From an uncultured delta proteobacterium (lineage in GTDB: Bacteria > Desulfobacterota > Binatia > UBA9968), in contig CAWJBB010000032.1 in NCBI GenBank assembly GCA_963840855.1, forward strand, positions 1 through 62,252: DNA of 62,252 nt. The letters run 5' to 3'. Under the pieces are notes generated by a model. It was not told the DNA's origin, did not search any database, and saw only the letters and a program-made list of their open reading frames with translations. Shown here one piece after another: positions 1 through 10,173 of this stretch. Each line of letters starts with the position of its first letter. Positions within the stretch are counted from its first letter, which is position 1. The translations under genes and the position numbers were made by a program.

Positions 1-52
1 GTCATTTGCTGAAGCTTGTTTAGGAGTAAGATAAAGTGAACTATTCAATGCG

Positions 53-77
53 GTAGGGGCGACCGGCTGGTCGCCCT
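53..77 (+). repeat. GTAG-family REP-like palindrome
   Basis: GTAG followed by GGGCGACC-GGCT-GGTCGCCC inverted repeat, intergenic. Confidence 0.6.
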
Positions 78-101
78 TTCGGAAAGTGAGGAGTCACAGC
101 C

Positions 102-1016
102 ATGCGTGTACTAATTACCGGAGCTGGAATGATCGGCTGTTACACGGCGCGGGAATTGATCGCGGTTGGCGATGGAGTGACGTTTTTCGATCTTGCGCCG
201 CACCTGGACTATGTGCACCACGTAGCTCAAAGGGTTTTACCTATCGTGCGGGGCGACATCCGCGAATTGCCGGCGCTGGTTGAAGCCATACAGAATACCC
301 GGCCGGATTGCGTCATTCACACCGCCGGTCTACAAGGCTCGCGCGCTCCTTACTTTGGTTTCCAAGTCAATCTTGTTGGAACACTGAATGTCGCTGAAGC
401 CGTCCGCTTGTGTGGGGTGAAGCGGCTGATCCACGCCAGCAGTCAAGGAGTATACGATCTTTCGAATCCACCGGAAAAAATCGACGAAGAATGGCGCAGC
501 AACGGTGCCGGTCGCGTCTATCAGGCTTCAAAGGTGGCGTGTGACGAGGTTCTGACCGCCTATGCGGCGTATTACGATTTCGAACTGGCCTTGCCGCGCT
601 TCGCGTCGGTTTACGGTTATGGCCCTTACACCGGAGGGGGTAACGTAGGCATCGACATGCATGCCATGCTCACGGCGGCGCTGGAAGGGCGCCTCGCGCC
701 GATGGGTCCCGGCATCGCTGACCGCAACGATTTCGTTTACGTGAAGGATATCGCACAGGGCTTAAGATCCATCACCCATGCGCCGCGCCTGGAGCATCAG
801 GTTTACAATCTGGGAACGGGGGTTTGCGCCAGTATCCACGATATCCAATTGGCTCTGCGGCGCATTCTCGGGGACGTGCAATTCAGCCGCGATGTCTCGA
901 CGCGGCCGCGGCCCGCGTTGGATATCTCACGCGCGAGAAAGGAACTGGGTTACGAGCCTCATTTCGACATAGAATCCGGTTTGCGCGATTTTATAGCGGA
1001 GAGGCAACGAAAGTGA
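102..1016 (+). CDS. NAD-dependent epimerase/dehydratase (extended SDR)
   Basis: N-terminal TGAGMIG Rossmann motif, YQASK catalytic motif, GAGGAG RBS. Confidence 0.9.
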   Translation: MRVLITGAGMIGCYTARELIAVGDGVTFFDLAPHLDYVHHVAQRVLPIVRGDIRELPALVEAIQNTRPDCVIHTAGLQGSRAPYFGFQVNLVGTLNVAEAVRLCGVKRLIHASSQGVYDLSNPPEKIDEEWRSNGAGRVYQASKVACDEVLTAYAAYYDFELALPRFASVYGYGPYTGGGNVGIDMHAMLTAALEGRLAPMGPGIADRNDFVYVKDIAQGLRSITHAPRLEHQVYNLGTGVCASIHDIQLALRRILGDVQFSRDVSTRPRPALDISRARKELGYEPHFDIESGLRDFIAERQRK

Positions 1017-1087
1017 TCGTTCAAAATGTTCAAGCCAAGTTCGTGCTCGTGTTCGTAACGGATTACGAGCGGGAGCGTCGAAGACAA

Positions 1088-1606
1088 TTACAGTGATTGA
1101 GGCGTTGGCATGATTTCGCCGCACTTTTTGCACGTCCGATAGTCTTCGTTGTCGAAAAATCTCTTATAGGCATTCGATACCGGATCGTCCGCGTAGTCGC
1201 GTACGACGAACGTTTCTTCGTGGAGCAGAGCGTCACACTTGGGGCAGTACCAGTGAAAGCGGTCAACTTCGCCGTCGCGCCGTTTGCGCTCTGAAATCAG
1301 CGCAAAAGCATCGGGCGGAAAGCGCGGCGAATGGGGCGTGCCCGCCGGCGTGTAAATAATAGAACCTTGCGGGATGAGGTCGATCTGCTCTTTGCCTTCG
1401 GCAGTTCGCGAATGAAGCCGCATTTCACCCTTGATCATATACATGGTCTCGTCGCCGGGGTTGATATGAAACTCGCTGCGGTATTCGCGGCCGCGGGCGA
1501 CGAAGCAAAGTGAATCCGGACTCTGCCACAGGACGGAGACTCGCATACCGGTCTCGGCGAGCTTGCGGCCTCGTTCCAGAAGATCAACGATTGGCATCGA
1601 CAACAT
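1088..1606 (-). CDS. nbaC: 3-hydroxyanthranilate 3,4-dioxygenase family cupin
   Basis: RxEFHINPxDE and PHSPR cupin motifs; C-terminal CPKC...CKKC rubredoxin-like site of bacterial 3-HAO. Confidence 0.85.
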   Translation of the reverse strand: MLSMPIVDLLERGRKLAETGMRVSVLWQSPDSLCFVARGREYRSEFHINPGDETMYMIKGEMRLHSRTAEGKEQIDLIPQGSIIYTPAGTPHSPRFPPDAFALISERKRRDGEVDRFHWYCPKCDALLHEETFVVRDYADDPVSNAYKRFFDNEDYRTCKKCGEIMPTPQSL

Positions 1607-1644
1607 AGGAAAACTCCTTTATTCACTACTCCGATTTTGTTCCT

Positions 1645-2886
1645 CTAGTCCGGCAGCGCCTGGCCTTTGGTCTCGCGCGCAAAGATGAGCACTACGAGAC
1701 CGACAAGATAGATAAGCCCGACGGTGGTTATGGCCTTGGCAAAAGAGCCATGGAAGGCCACGAGAGCACCCGCGACGAAGGGAGCCGCGGCGGAAAAGAA
1801 ACGGGCAAAGTTGTAACAAAACCCTTGGGCCGTGGCCCGGATGGGCGTGGGGAAAAGCTCAGGAAGATAAACCGCGAAGCCAGTGAAAACTCCGGCACCA
1901 AAGAATCCGACGAGCGGTGAAACCAGAACCGCCAAGGTAAAATCTTCGACCAACGAAAAGGTCATCGGTATCGCGACGGCCGCTCCCATGAAATAGGTTG
2001 TCAGCGCGGCCTTGCGGCCCCATCGGTCGGCGATCAGAGGAAAACAGAGACAGCCGACGATGCCTCCGCCGTTTAGAACGCTTGTGACCAGACTCACCTG
2101 AGGTATAACGGTTTTCGGCCCTTGCGCCTGAAGTAAATCGCTGACCCAGCTGGGAACCCATTGAATGGCGCCCTGGTACCCGAAGGTCGCGACAACGGCC
2201 ATGCCGGTGCCTACGAGAATGTCGCGCCGCACCGGTTTTATAAACAAGGAGGGAAGCGGGTTTCTGGTTGCCTTGGCTTGGACCCAGCGTTCGGGTTCTT
2301 TTAAAGTTCGGCGAATATAGAATGCTACGATTGCCGGCAATATTCCCAAAGCGAAGACCCAACGCCAACCATAGGGTCCGATGAATAAATAGAGCAACGA
2401 AGCGAGGAAGAAGCCGATGCCGCCGGAAGCTTGCATGATGCCGGCCGCTTTGGCGCGCGACCGAGCCGGCCAGGTTTCGGCGATCAACGCGGCCCCCGCG
2501 GACCATTCTCCGCCGATGCCCAGGCCTGTCATGAAACGATAGAGCGCGAGTTCTTGCCAACTGCCGGCAGTGGCGCACAAGCCGGTGAATCCCGCGTAGA
2601 TAAGAATCGTGAGCGCCATGGTTTTTGATCGGCCGTAGCGGTCCGCGACGGGTCCGAAGATGAGCCCGCCCAGGGCCCAGCCGACCATGAAGATGCTCAG
2701 GACGATTCCGCCGTACCAACCGATAACCGAGCTTTCCGTCGTACCCAGCAAATCACTCATCGCGGGAAACAAGATGATAGCGTAGAGATAGCCATCCATG
2801 ATGTCCAGCGCCCAACCCAGGCAGGCGCAAATGAGCACGCGCCACTGGTAGGCGGTAAGGTCCTGGTACCATTTGGCTTCAGGCAT
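1645..2886 (-). CDS. MFS transporter
   Basis: about 12 hydrophobic segments, GPVADRYGR and ADRWGRK loop motifs, GIGGEW. Confidence 0.92.
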   Translation of the reverse strand: MPEAKWYQDLTAYQWRVLICACLGWALDIMDGYLYAIILFPAMSDLLGTTESSVIGWYGGIVLSIFMVGWALGGLIFGPVADRYGRSKTMALTILIYAGFTGLCATAGSWQELALYRFMTGLGIGGEWSAGAALIAETWPARSRAKAAGIMQASGGIGFFLASLLYLFIGPYGWRWVFALGILPAIVAFYIRRTLKEPERWVQAKATRNPLPSLFIKPVRRDILVGTGMAVVATFGYQGAIQWVPSWVSDLLQAQGPKTVIPQVSLVTSVLNGGGIVGCLCFPLIADRWGRKAALTTYFMGAAVAIPMTFSLVEDFTLAVLVSPLVGFFGAGVFTGFAVYLPELFPTPIRATAQGFCYNFARFFSAAAPFVAGALVAFHGSFAKAITTVGLIYLVGLVVLIFARETKGQALPD

Positions 2887-3007
2887 AGTCAGGATCTAGT
2901 GTCCCGGGTCTCGAGTTAAAGAAAAAGATGCTGGCGAAGATCCTACGGGCCGGCGGAACGATACCATCGCGAGATTTCTCGGACATTACTGATTTTTGGG
3001 AAAGTGG

Positions 3008-3403
3008 TCAATTCTCTTTCGCGAAGGATAGCTCCCAACGGTTGCCGTCCGGGTCAAAGACGTTGATCGAATAGTTGTCGGTGCCGCGATGGGGACGGAT
3101 TTTTTCAATCCTCGCGTCGACGCCTTGTAGTGCTTTGAGCGCTTTGTCTTGCGCTTGCCAGGGAATGTTCAGCGTATGGTGCGGGTCGGCGGCGCGCGGC
3201 CCTTTCGATGCGTCAAAGATGTGGACTTCGAAGTTGCCGAGCCGTACGTCAATTTCTCTGACTTGGCCGGCTCTCAGCTGTTCCTCTGTGGGCTCAACTT
3301 TCTTTACGATCTGGCCGCCCAGGGTCTTCGTGTAAAACTCCGCCGACTTCTCCAGGTCCTTCGCGCTCATGGCGAAGGTTCTGATTCCTTTTGTCTCGAA
3401 CAT
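3008..3403 (-). CDS. VOC/glyoxalase family protein
   Basis: DLEKSAEFY and FDPDGNRWEL motifs; ATG 3403 preceded by GGAGG. Confidence 0.85.
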   Translation of the reverse strand: MFETKGIRTFAMSAKDLEKSAEFYTKTLGGQIVKKVEPTEEQLRAGQVREIDVRLGNFEVHIFDASKGPRAADPHHTLNIPWQAQDKALKALQGVDARIEKIRPHRGTDNYSINVFDPDGNRWELSFAKEN

Positions 3404-3532
3404 AGAAGCCTCCTTAAACGACAATGAAAAGTGTTTTCGTGAACGAGTTCTCGCCGCAGTGCGTCGATTGTCAAGCCTGGAAACATGCGACGCGTTCGTG
3501 AGCTTACCGAGCCGAGCGTATGGGGGTTTACT

Positions 3533-3934
3533 CTATCTCCTGGACAGTTCAAGTTTCCCTTTTTTATAATCCATCGAAATAAGAAAATTCCCAAGAAAGG
3601 ATGCTCCGAGTAGCCCTTCGGCTGGGAGAGCTTCGGGAAGAGAAATTGCGATCACGCTAACGTTTTCAGCAGAGCAACGCCCTCCGACTGTCACTTTTTC
3701 TATTTGACCGAAAGGCACTTCTGTTCGTTCGGAAGCGGTGACAAGAGGGGCATTCCGAATGAGAGCAATGTCTAATTGATAAAAGACATCTGGACGCACC
3801 GTGAGATAGCTAGCTGCGGTGTCAACGATCATTGGTGTGTAGAGCGATCTTCCCCGGTTATCAATTAGCACAGAGACGACAAAGAGCCTGAAGTCTCTAA
3901 ATACCGTTTGATTAAATGGGATCGAGAATTTCAC
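3533..3934 (-). CDS. retropepsin-like (clan AA) aspartic protease
   Basis: IVDTAAS (DTG-like) and GLLGASFL motifs. Confidence 0.8.
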   Translation of the reverse strand: MKFSIPFNQTVFRDFRLFVVSVLIDNRGRSLYTPMIVDTAASYLTVRPDVFYQLDIALIRNAPLVTASERTEVPFGQIEKVTVGGRCSAENVSVIAISLPEALPAEGLLGASFLGNFLISMDYKKGKLELSRR

Positions 3935-3945
3935 TTAGGGGGAAT

Positions 3946-4170
3946 TTAGAGCGCAAAAGCTGTATCGGGCGATGCAGCAATTCCGTTAAAGAAAAAAAAC
4001 AGTCTCTTCCCGCGGTGTCTACCGATTTCCCCGACGACCTCTTGCCGTTTGTCGCCAACGTTGAGCAAAATCCCCTTAAAGGGCGCACCGGCTTTCGTGT
4101 CGGTGACCTCTATCAGGAGCCATTTGTTAGGGAAATCTCGCTGGATCGCTTTAATCGTCAGGGGCTTCAT
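3946..4170 (-). CDS. small hypothetical protein paired with aspartic protease
   Basis: 74 aa with FPNKWLLIEV; directly upstream of and co-oriented with the protease. Confidence 0.7.
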   Translation of the reverse strand: MKPLTIKAIQRDFPNKWLLIEVTDTKAGAPFKGILLNVGDKRQEVVGEIGRHRGKRLFFFFNGIAASPDTAFAL

Positions 4171-4395
4171 AAATTCCCGCGCTTACGTCGTGCAAGTTAC
4201 ACCCAAGGAAGGTTGTGGTCAAACGTTTCACGATTGTACGCATATATAGCGTCGGTCGTGGCGCATATCTAAGTGCTGGCAAGCGATTTGTTGGGCGAAT
4301 GTAGAAGGTTTGTCAAAGGTCAAATATTCAAATGACTCGGGGTATCGAAGTGCCTCTTTTGGTGGAGCTCTGTTCGTGCGTTGCGAGCCAACGAC

Positions 4396-5421
4396 CTACT
4401 GGTCCATGAGTATTTTCACGCGCGCGACGACTTCAGGCGTCTGCGCTATAACTTGTTTGGCTAACGCCTCTAGTTCTTCGCCGCTGGAGGGCGTGATGTC
4501 GAGGTTTTTTCGTTTTGCTTCCGCTAGCAGTTCGGGATCGCTCATGGTCTTGAGGAACGCCTCGCGCAGGATTTTGGTCTTGTCCGGCGGCACCCCTGGC
4601 GGCGCGATAACGGGCCGGCCGAAGTCACTGGAGGCAAACACGAGCGGCAGCAAGCGGCGTTCGGATTCTGGAGTTTTGTACTCGTTCATCAGCTCATAAA
4701 TCGTCGGCGCGTCAGCAATGCGCGGATCACGGGTTTTCCCGGTCTGTATGAGGATCCGGGCGAAACCGGTCTTGCGCCAGGTATGGTAGGGCTCGCGAGT
4801 ATGGTACGCCTGAATGGTTAGGGCCCGGCACTGAAGCTCGCCCCGCTCCACCGCCAAATCGATTTCCCCACCCCCCTTGTAGCCGGCGACGATCATAAAT
4901 TTTGTCCCGAGTGTTTCCTCAAAGAGTTTTGGCAAATAACTGCCGGAGGTGCCGGCGCCGGTGGAACCGCATTTGGGCGGCTCCTTCGCCCGACGCACGT
5001 CGGCGAGACTTTTATATGGAAGGTCGGCGCGCATATATAAGAGGTGATCCGATTTGTCGGAACTGCCGAGCCAGGTAAACCTACTCCAATCGTATTTGAC
5101 TTCCGGTTGTTTGACCAGTTGATTGAAGTAGATCGACGGTTGGATCGCGCCGATAACCAGGCCATCGGATTTGGCAACGCCATAGATGTAGTTGGCGCCG
5201 ATAATCGATCCGGCCCCTGGCATGTTCTGCACTATGAAATTGGGATGGCCCGGAATATGTTTGCCCATGAATTGCGCCACGATCCGGGCGTAGAGATCAT
5301 AGGCACTCCCGGCGCTGGAGGCGGCGATTACCGTGATGGTTTTACCCTGGTAAAACGGACTTTGCGCCCATAGGTTCGATGGCGCCGCCAGGAATGTGAG
5401 AAAGAACAATAACGTGACCAT
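4396..5421 (-). CDS. Bug/TctC-like tripartite tricarboxylate transporter substrate-binding protein
   Basis: signal peptide, YQGKTITVI, NMPGAG, GYKGGGEIDLAVERGE. Confidence 0.9.
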   Translation of the reverse strand: MVTLLFFLTFLAAPSNLWAQSPFYQGKTITVIAASSAGSAYDLYARIVAQFMGKHIPGHPNFIVQNMPGAGSIIGANYIYGVAKSDGLVIGAIQPSIYFNQLVKQPEVKYDWSRFTWLGSSDKSDHLLYMRADLPYKSLADVRRAKEPPKCGSTGAGTSGSYLPKLFEETLGTKFMIVAGYKGGGEIDLAVERGELQCRALTIQAYHTREPYHTWRKTGFARILIQTGKTRDPRIADAPTIYELMNEYKTPESERRLLPLVFASSDFGRPVIAPPGVPPDKTKILREAFLKTMSDPELLAEAKRKNLDITPSSGEELEALAKQVIAQTPEVVARVKILMDQ

Positions 5422-5652
5422 ATATCCTCCGGTCTCTGCAATGGCTGCGACCTTATCGATTAGAAACTATCGGGGATCGATGATGTTGGTCAAGTGGAAT
5501 TCCGCATGAATACTTTCGTTTTACAGTTTCGGCCCTGGCCGCGCGTTTCGCGCGCGCTCTTCTGTAAATTGGCCATTGACAGGCGGCGCTGACACGGAAT
5601 AGGAATACGAGAGATTAGGCATTTTAAATTCTATAGCCAAGGAGAAAATCCT

Positions 5653-7311
5653 ATGATGATGGGCGGGCATGCAGTGGCGCAGTGCCTTCGCAACGAAGGT
5701 ATAAAACATGTCTTCAGCGTTCCGGGCGAAAGCTACATTGCCGTCGTCGACGGACTCTGGAATATCCCCGAGATCAAGCTCATCACCAACCGCCAGGAGG
5801 GCTGTGCCGCATTCATGGCGGAAGGGTACGCCAAATCAACACGCACCGTCGGAGTATGCATCGTCACTCGCGGCCCAGGGGCCACCAACGCGAGCATCGC
5901 CATTCACAGCGCCAAGTATGATTCAGTGCCGATGGTGCTTCTGGTTGGCCAGGTTGGGCGTGGCGCGCGCGGCCGAGAGGCAGGCCAGGAGATGGATTAC
6001 ACCCATTTTTTCGGCAGCATCGCCAAGTGGGTCGTGGAGATCAACGATCCCAAGCATATTCCACGGGTGATGACCCGGGCGTTTCATATCGCTCGCACCG
6101 GCAGACCAGGACCCGTCGTCGTGTCGCTGCCGCGGGATGTGATCGAAGACAAAGCCGATATCGCGATGATCGATCCATATCCGACGGCGCAACCGAGTCC
6201 CGATCCCAAATTGATCGAGGAGACTATCGGACGGATCAACGCCGCCAAGAAGCCGATCGTTCTGGTTGGTTCAGGAACGCAGTACGCCGGAGCTTGGCAA
6301 GAGCTGATCGATTTCTCAGAAAGATTTCACATTCCGGTGCTGACATCTTACAAACGGCAGGATGCGTTTCCCAACAGCCATCCTAATTACGTCGGCAATC
6401 TATCGAACGCCAACAAGGCAGCGCGCGACTTGGCCGCCAATGCGGCGGACCTGATCATCGTGCTCGGTTGCCGGTTGAACCAGCAGACCACGGGTGCTTT
6501 TTCATTCCCGCGCACCGGGCAGCCGTTCATTCAGATCGACGCCGACGAGCAAAACATCGGGCAAAACGCGCGGCCCGAAATAGGCATCGTCGCCGACGCC
6601 AGGCAGGCTCTCTTAGAAGCGCTGAAACATCCCGGCCCGCGACCCAATGAAAGCCGCGCTTCTTGGATCGCGGAACAGCATGCGGGGCAGAAGCGATACT
6701 GCGTGCCCGGCGAACGACCCACGCGGCGCGTGTCGATGGAGCGCGTGATGGCCGATCTAAGAGCGGCGCTGCCGGCCAATGCCATCACCGCGACGGATGC
6801 CGGCAGCTTCGGCCAATGGCCGCAGCGCTATATAGAGTTCGAGCAACCCAACTCCTATATTTCCCCGACGCTTGGCTGCATGGGGCCCGGCGTACCTTCC
6901 GCGGTCGCAGCTAAACTTGCCCATCCAGATCGCCCGGTGGTCGCGCACGTCGGCGACGGCGGCTTTCTCATGACTGGGCAAGAGATTGCGACGGCAAAGC
7001 AGTATGGCGCCAAGATCATCACCATCGTCTACAACAACGGCGGCTACAATTCGATTCGGATGCATCAAGAAGCGATGTTTCCCGGCCACTCGTATGGCAT
7101 GGAGCTGGAAAATCCGGATTTGGCCGCACTCGGCGCTGCCTACGGCGCGTTGGGACTCAAGGTCACCCGCGATGAAGAATTTTTGCCGGCATTCAAGCAA
7201 GCCTTGGCCGCCGACCGGTCGGCGCTTATCGAAGTTTTGACCGATTATGAGTTCGCGACACCGACCGCGACATTATCGGAGCTTTCGGGGAAGACTTTGC
7301 AAGGGGAGTAA
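5653..7311 (+). CDS. thiamine pyrophosphate-dependent enzyme (acetolactate synthase-like)
   Basis: VPGES, RQEG, TRGPGATN and GDGG...NN TPP-binding motifs. Confidence 0.9.
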   Translation: MMMGGHAVAQCLRNEGIKHVFSVPGESYIAVVDGLWNIPEIKLITNRQEGCAAFMAEGYAKSTRTVGVCIVTRGPGATNASIAIHSAKYDSVPMVLLVGQVGRGARGREAGQEMDYTHFFGSIAKWVVEINDPKHIPRVMTRAFHIARTGRPGPVVVSLPRDVIEDKADIAMIDPYPTAQPSPDPKLIEETIGRINAAKKPIVLVGSGTQYAGAWQELIDFSERFHIPVLTSYKRQDAFPNSHPNYVGNLSNANKAARDLAANAADLIIVLGCRLNQQTTGAFSFPRTGQPFIQIDADEQNIGQNARPEIGIVADARQALLEALKHPGPRPNESRASWIAEQHAGQKRYCVPGERPTRRVSMERVMADLRAALPANAITATDAGSFGQWPQRYIEFEQPNSYISPTLGCMGPGVPSAVAAKLAHPDRPVVAHVGDGGFLMTGQEIATAKQYGAKIITIVYNNGGYNSIRMHQEAMFPGHSYGMELENPDLAALGAAYGALGLKVTRDEEFLPAFKQALAADRSALIEVLTDYEFATPTATLSELSGKTLQGE

Positions 7312-7574
7312 CGGCTGTAGTGACATAGGGATGAAGGTGACCCCGCCAAAGAGGACGGCCAATGAAGATATCTGCGATCATCATCCTGGTTCTTTTTCTT
7401 TCTCCATAGAGGGGAACTTTACCGCAGAGAACGCAAAGGACGGAAGAGAATTCACCACGAAGTGTGTCATGAGCTTACGCTCACCCACAGATCATGAAAA
7501 TGGAGGATTCCCCTTCGTAGCCCGGATGGAGCAAAGTGTAATCCGGGTTTCTTCATTCACGCACGCCGTTGCCT

Positions 7575-7898
7575 CTGCCTCGCCCGATTTCACCTATACT
7601 TTGCTTGCGGCCTCGAAGGGCGCGCCGTTGGAATGGGTGCCCCATGGAAATAGTACCGACTAACGTGGGCAGCGCGGCGGTTGCGCTCAATCCACCCCAT
7701 CCCCACGGTGCGCTGCTCATGGCGGATTTTTTATTGAGCTCCGACGGACAGGCAATCTTGGAAAAATTCTACTACGGGAGCGCCACCAAGGACCAGGGAT
7801 TCAAGAAATGGCGTCCTGAACGCGGGCTGTCAACGGATAAATACGAGAAAGACCTGCTTCGTTGGGAAAAGCTGCTCAATGACATGACGAGGAAATGA
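7575..7898 (+). pseudogene. C-terminal remnant of an ABC (Fe3+/polyamine-type) substrate-binding protein
   Basis: KGAPLEWVP and PPHPHGALLMADFLLSSDGQ; no N-terminus; +1 frameshift near 7643; preceded by REP-like fragments. Confidence 0.7.
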
Positions 7899-8016
7899 GC
7901 CGGAAGAGGGGAATTCAGAATCCGGTATCGGACGGTAAACCTACGTGGCGCGAATGGCGTGCTGAAGAGATGCCGATGACGGGCGCACTGGATTACATCG
8001 CGATAAGGAGTCGAAT

Positions 8017-9036
8017 ATGAAAACGTTTCCAATCATTGATGCCGATGGTCATGTGAGCGAATCCAACGAGAGTCTCAAGAGACATTTAAAGCGAGAATAT
8101 CGCGACCGACCGCTCATGCATTCAGAAGCCTGGGACCGAAGCTTTGGCGGGACGTTGGGCAAGCGCAACGAAGACCCGAAGGTTCAATTGACCGATATGG
8201 ACCTCGATGGCATCGACATCCAGGCGATCTTTCCGAGCCATCTCTCGCTCGCCGCCGAGAAGGAAACCGATTTGGCCCTCGACATCGCGCGGGCGTATAA
8301 CGACTGGCTCGCGGAGTTTTGCGCCACCGATGCCCGGCGCCTCAAAGGCGTGGCGATGATCGCGCTGCACGATGTTCCCGCGGCTGTGAAAGAGGCACGC
8401 CGGGCGGTGGAGGAATTGGGCTTCGTCGGCGTCATGATGCCCACCAACGTGCGCGACCAGGACATCGGCAAGCGTGAGTTCTGGCCGTTCTATGAGGAGG
8501 TCGAGCGGCTCGGCGTGGGATTGGCGCTCCACGGCGGCATCCGGGCGGCGGAACGCATGCACGGAAGATTCGATAGCTTTATCGCGGTGCACAGCGTTTC
8601 TTTCCCTTTCGAGTGCATGGCCGCCCTGACGGGGCTGATTTTTGCCGGAGTACCTGAGGTATTTCCCCAATTGCGCATGGCGGCGCTAGAAGGTTGCTGC
8701 GGCTGGGTACCGTTCTTGATGGATCGGCTCGACGAAGAGTTTGAGAAACGGGGCGCGCGCGAAGCGCCGCAGCTCAAACGCAAACCAAGTGAATATATGA
8801 CCGGCGGGCAAATCTATTACGCCTTTGAATTGGAAGAATCGACACTGCCCTACGTTATCCAGCGCATCGGCGCGGATAAGCTGCTCTATTCGTCCGACTA
8901 TCCGCATTGGGACAGCTCTTGGCCAAACACCGTCAAATTATTCATGAGCCGTGACGACGTCTCTGCAGCGGACAAGCATCAAATCGCTTGGGATAATCCA
9001 CAAGGGTTTTATGGTTTCAAGGCCGAGTTGGGCTAA
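8017..9036 (+). CDS. amidohydrolase_2 family protein
   Basis: IDADGH metal motif, AYNDWL, SSDYPH. Confidence 0.9.
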   Translation: MKTFPIIDADGHVSESNESLKRHLKREYRDRPLMHSEAWDRSFGGTLGKRNEDPKVQLTDMDLDGIDIQAIFPSHLSLAAEKETDLALDIARAYNDWLAEFCATDARRLKGVAMIALHDVPAAVKEARRAVEELGFVGVMMPTNVRDQDIGKREFWPFYEEVERLGVGLALHGGIRAAERMHGRFDSFIAVHSVSFPFECMAALTGLIFAGVPEVFPQLRMAALEGCCGWVPFLMDRLDEEFEKRGAREAPQLKRKPSEYMTGGQIYYAFELEESTLPYVIQRIGADKLLYSSDYPHWDSSWPNTVKLFMSRDDVSAADKHQIAWDNPQGFYGFKAELG

Positions 9037-9063
9037 GCGAAAACTCTGAGGAGGATCCTGGTA

Positions 9064-10152
9064 ATGGGAATCATCGATGCCGACACTCATATCGACGAAA
9101 CCGAAGCGACCTGGGAGTACATGCGCGAGTCCGATATGCAATACAAACCGACTACGGCTTTTCCGGCCAACCCTAATCCGAACTTGCCGCCGGCGCGTTA
9201 TTGGATGATCGAGGGGAAGCGCCAGGTGCGCTTTGTCCGCAGTGACAAAGATTCTGGGACCACCGTCGAGACGCGGGAGTTGCTGGATGTTAACGCCCGT
9301 CTCAAGCACATGGACGAACTGGGGACCGATATCCAGGTCATGTATCCGACGCTTTTCTTGATGGAATGGACGGAGAAACCGGAGATCAATGTGGCGCTGC
9401 GTTGCAGCTACAATCGCTGGCTAGGCGATCGTTGCTCCCAGTCGGGCGGAAGACTGCGTTGGGTTTGCATGCCGCCGCTCCAGGACATGAATGTGGCGGT
9501 TGAAGAATTGCGCTGGTCCAAGGAGCATGGCGCCTGCGGCGTGCTCAAGAAAGGCGACCGCGAAGCCGGCAAGTACCCCGCGGATCCCTATTTCGAGCCG
9601 CTCTACGCGGCGGCGGAGAAACTCGACTTGCCGATCTGTTTTCATACCGGTTCCGGCATTCCCGACTTCTCGTCGGCTCGGGAATTTTCCCACGGCCAAT
9701 TCATGCGCACGAAAGCGGCTGCCATCAATGGCGTGATGGGGCTCTTGGTGCACAAAATACCGGAAAAGTTTCCCAAGCTGCGCATCGGTTGCATCGAGGC
9801 CGGTTCGATGTGGGCGCCGTTCGTCGATTACGATCTGCGACGCCAGCAGCACCGCCAACAGGGACGCGAGACCACTGGCGTGCTCGGCATTCCCGAACTT
9901 CAACTCGCGTCGAATCTATTCAAGGACAACCGCGTTTACATTACCTGCCAGGTAGATGAGGACCTTCCTTACATTCTCAAATGCGTCGGCGAGGATAATC
10001 TGATGGTCGGTTCGGACTACACGCACCGGGACCCTTCGATGGAACTTGAGTTCAGAAAAATTCTTCAAGGGCGGGCGGACAAAGGCGAAATTCCGCAATC
10101 CGCCGTGCAAAAAATTCTCTTCGATAACCCGAAAGCTTTTTACGCTCTTTGA
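9064..10152 (+). CDS. amidohydrolase_2 family protein
   Basis: IDADTH, SYNRWL, GSDYTH. Confidence 0.9.
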   Translation: MGIIDADTHIDETEATWEYMRESDMQYKPTTAFPANPNPNLPPARYWMIEGKRQVRFVRSDKDSGTTVETRELLDVNARLKHMDELGTDIQVMYPTLFLMEWTEKPEINVALRCSYNRWLGDRCSQSGGRLRWVCMPPLQDMNVAVEELRWSKEHGACGVLKKGDREAGKYPADPYFEPLYAAAEKLDLPICFHTGSGIPDFSSAREFSHGQFMRTKAAAINGVMGLLVHKIPEKFPKLRIGCIEAGSMWAPFVDYDLRRQQHRQQGRETTGVLGIPELQLASNLFKDNRVYITCQVDEDLPYILKCVGEDNLMVGSDYTHRDPSMELEFRKILQGRADKGEIPQSAVQKILFDNPKAFYAL

Positions 10153-10173
10153 TGGCCGGCTGAAATCGCGCCG

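Noticed and set aside
1859-2719. Long alternative-frame ORFs, e.g. 1859-2719, 12509-13267, 38002-38889
   Set aside because: Arg/Ala/Pro-rich shadows of well-supported genes, expected in GC-rich DNA
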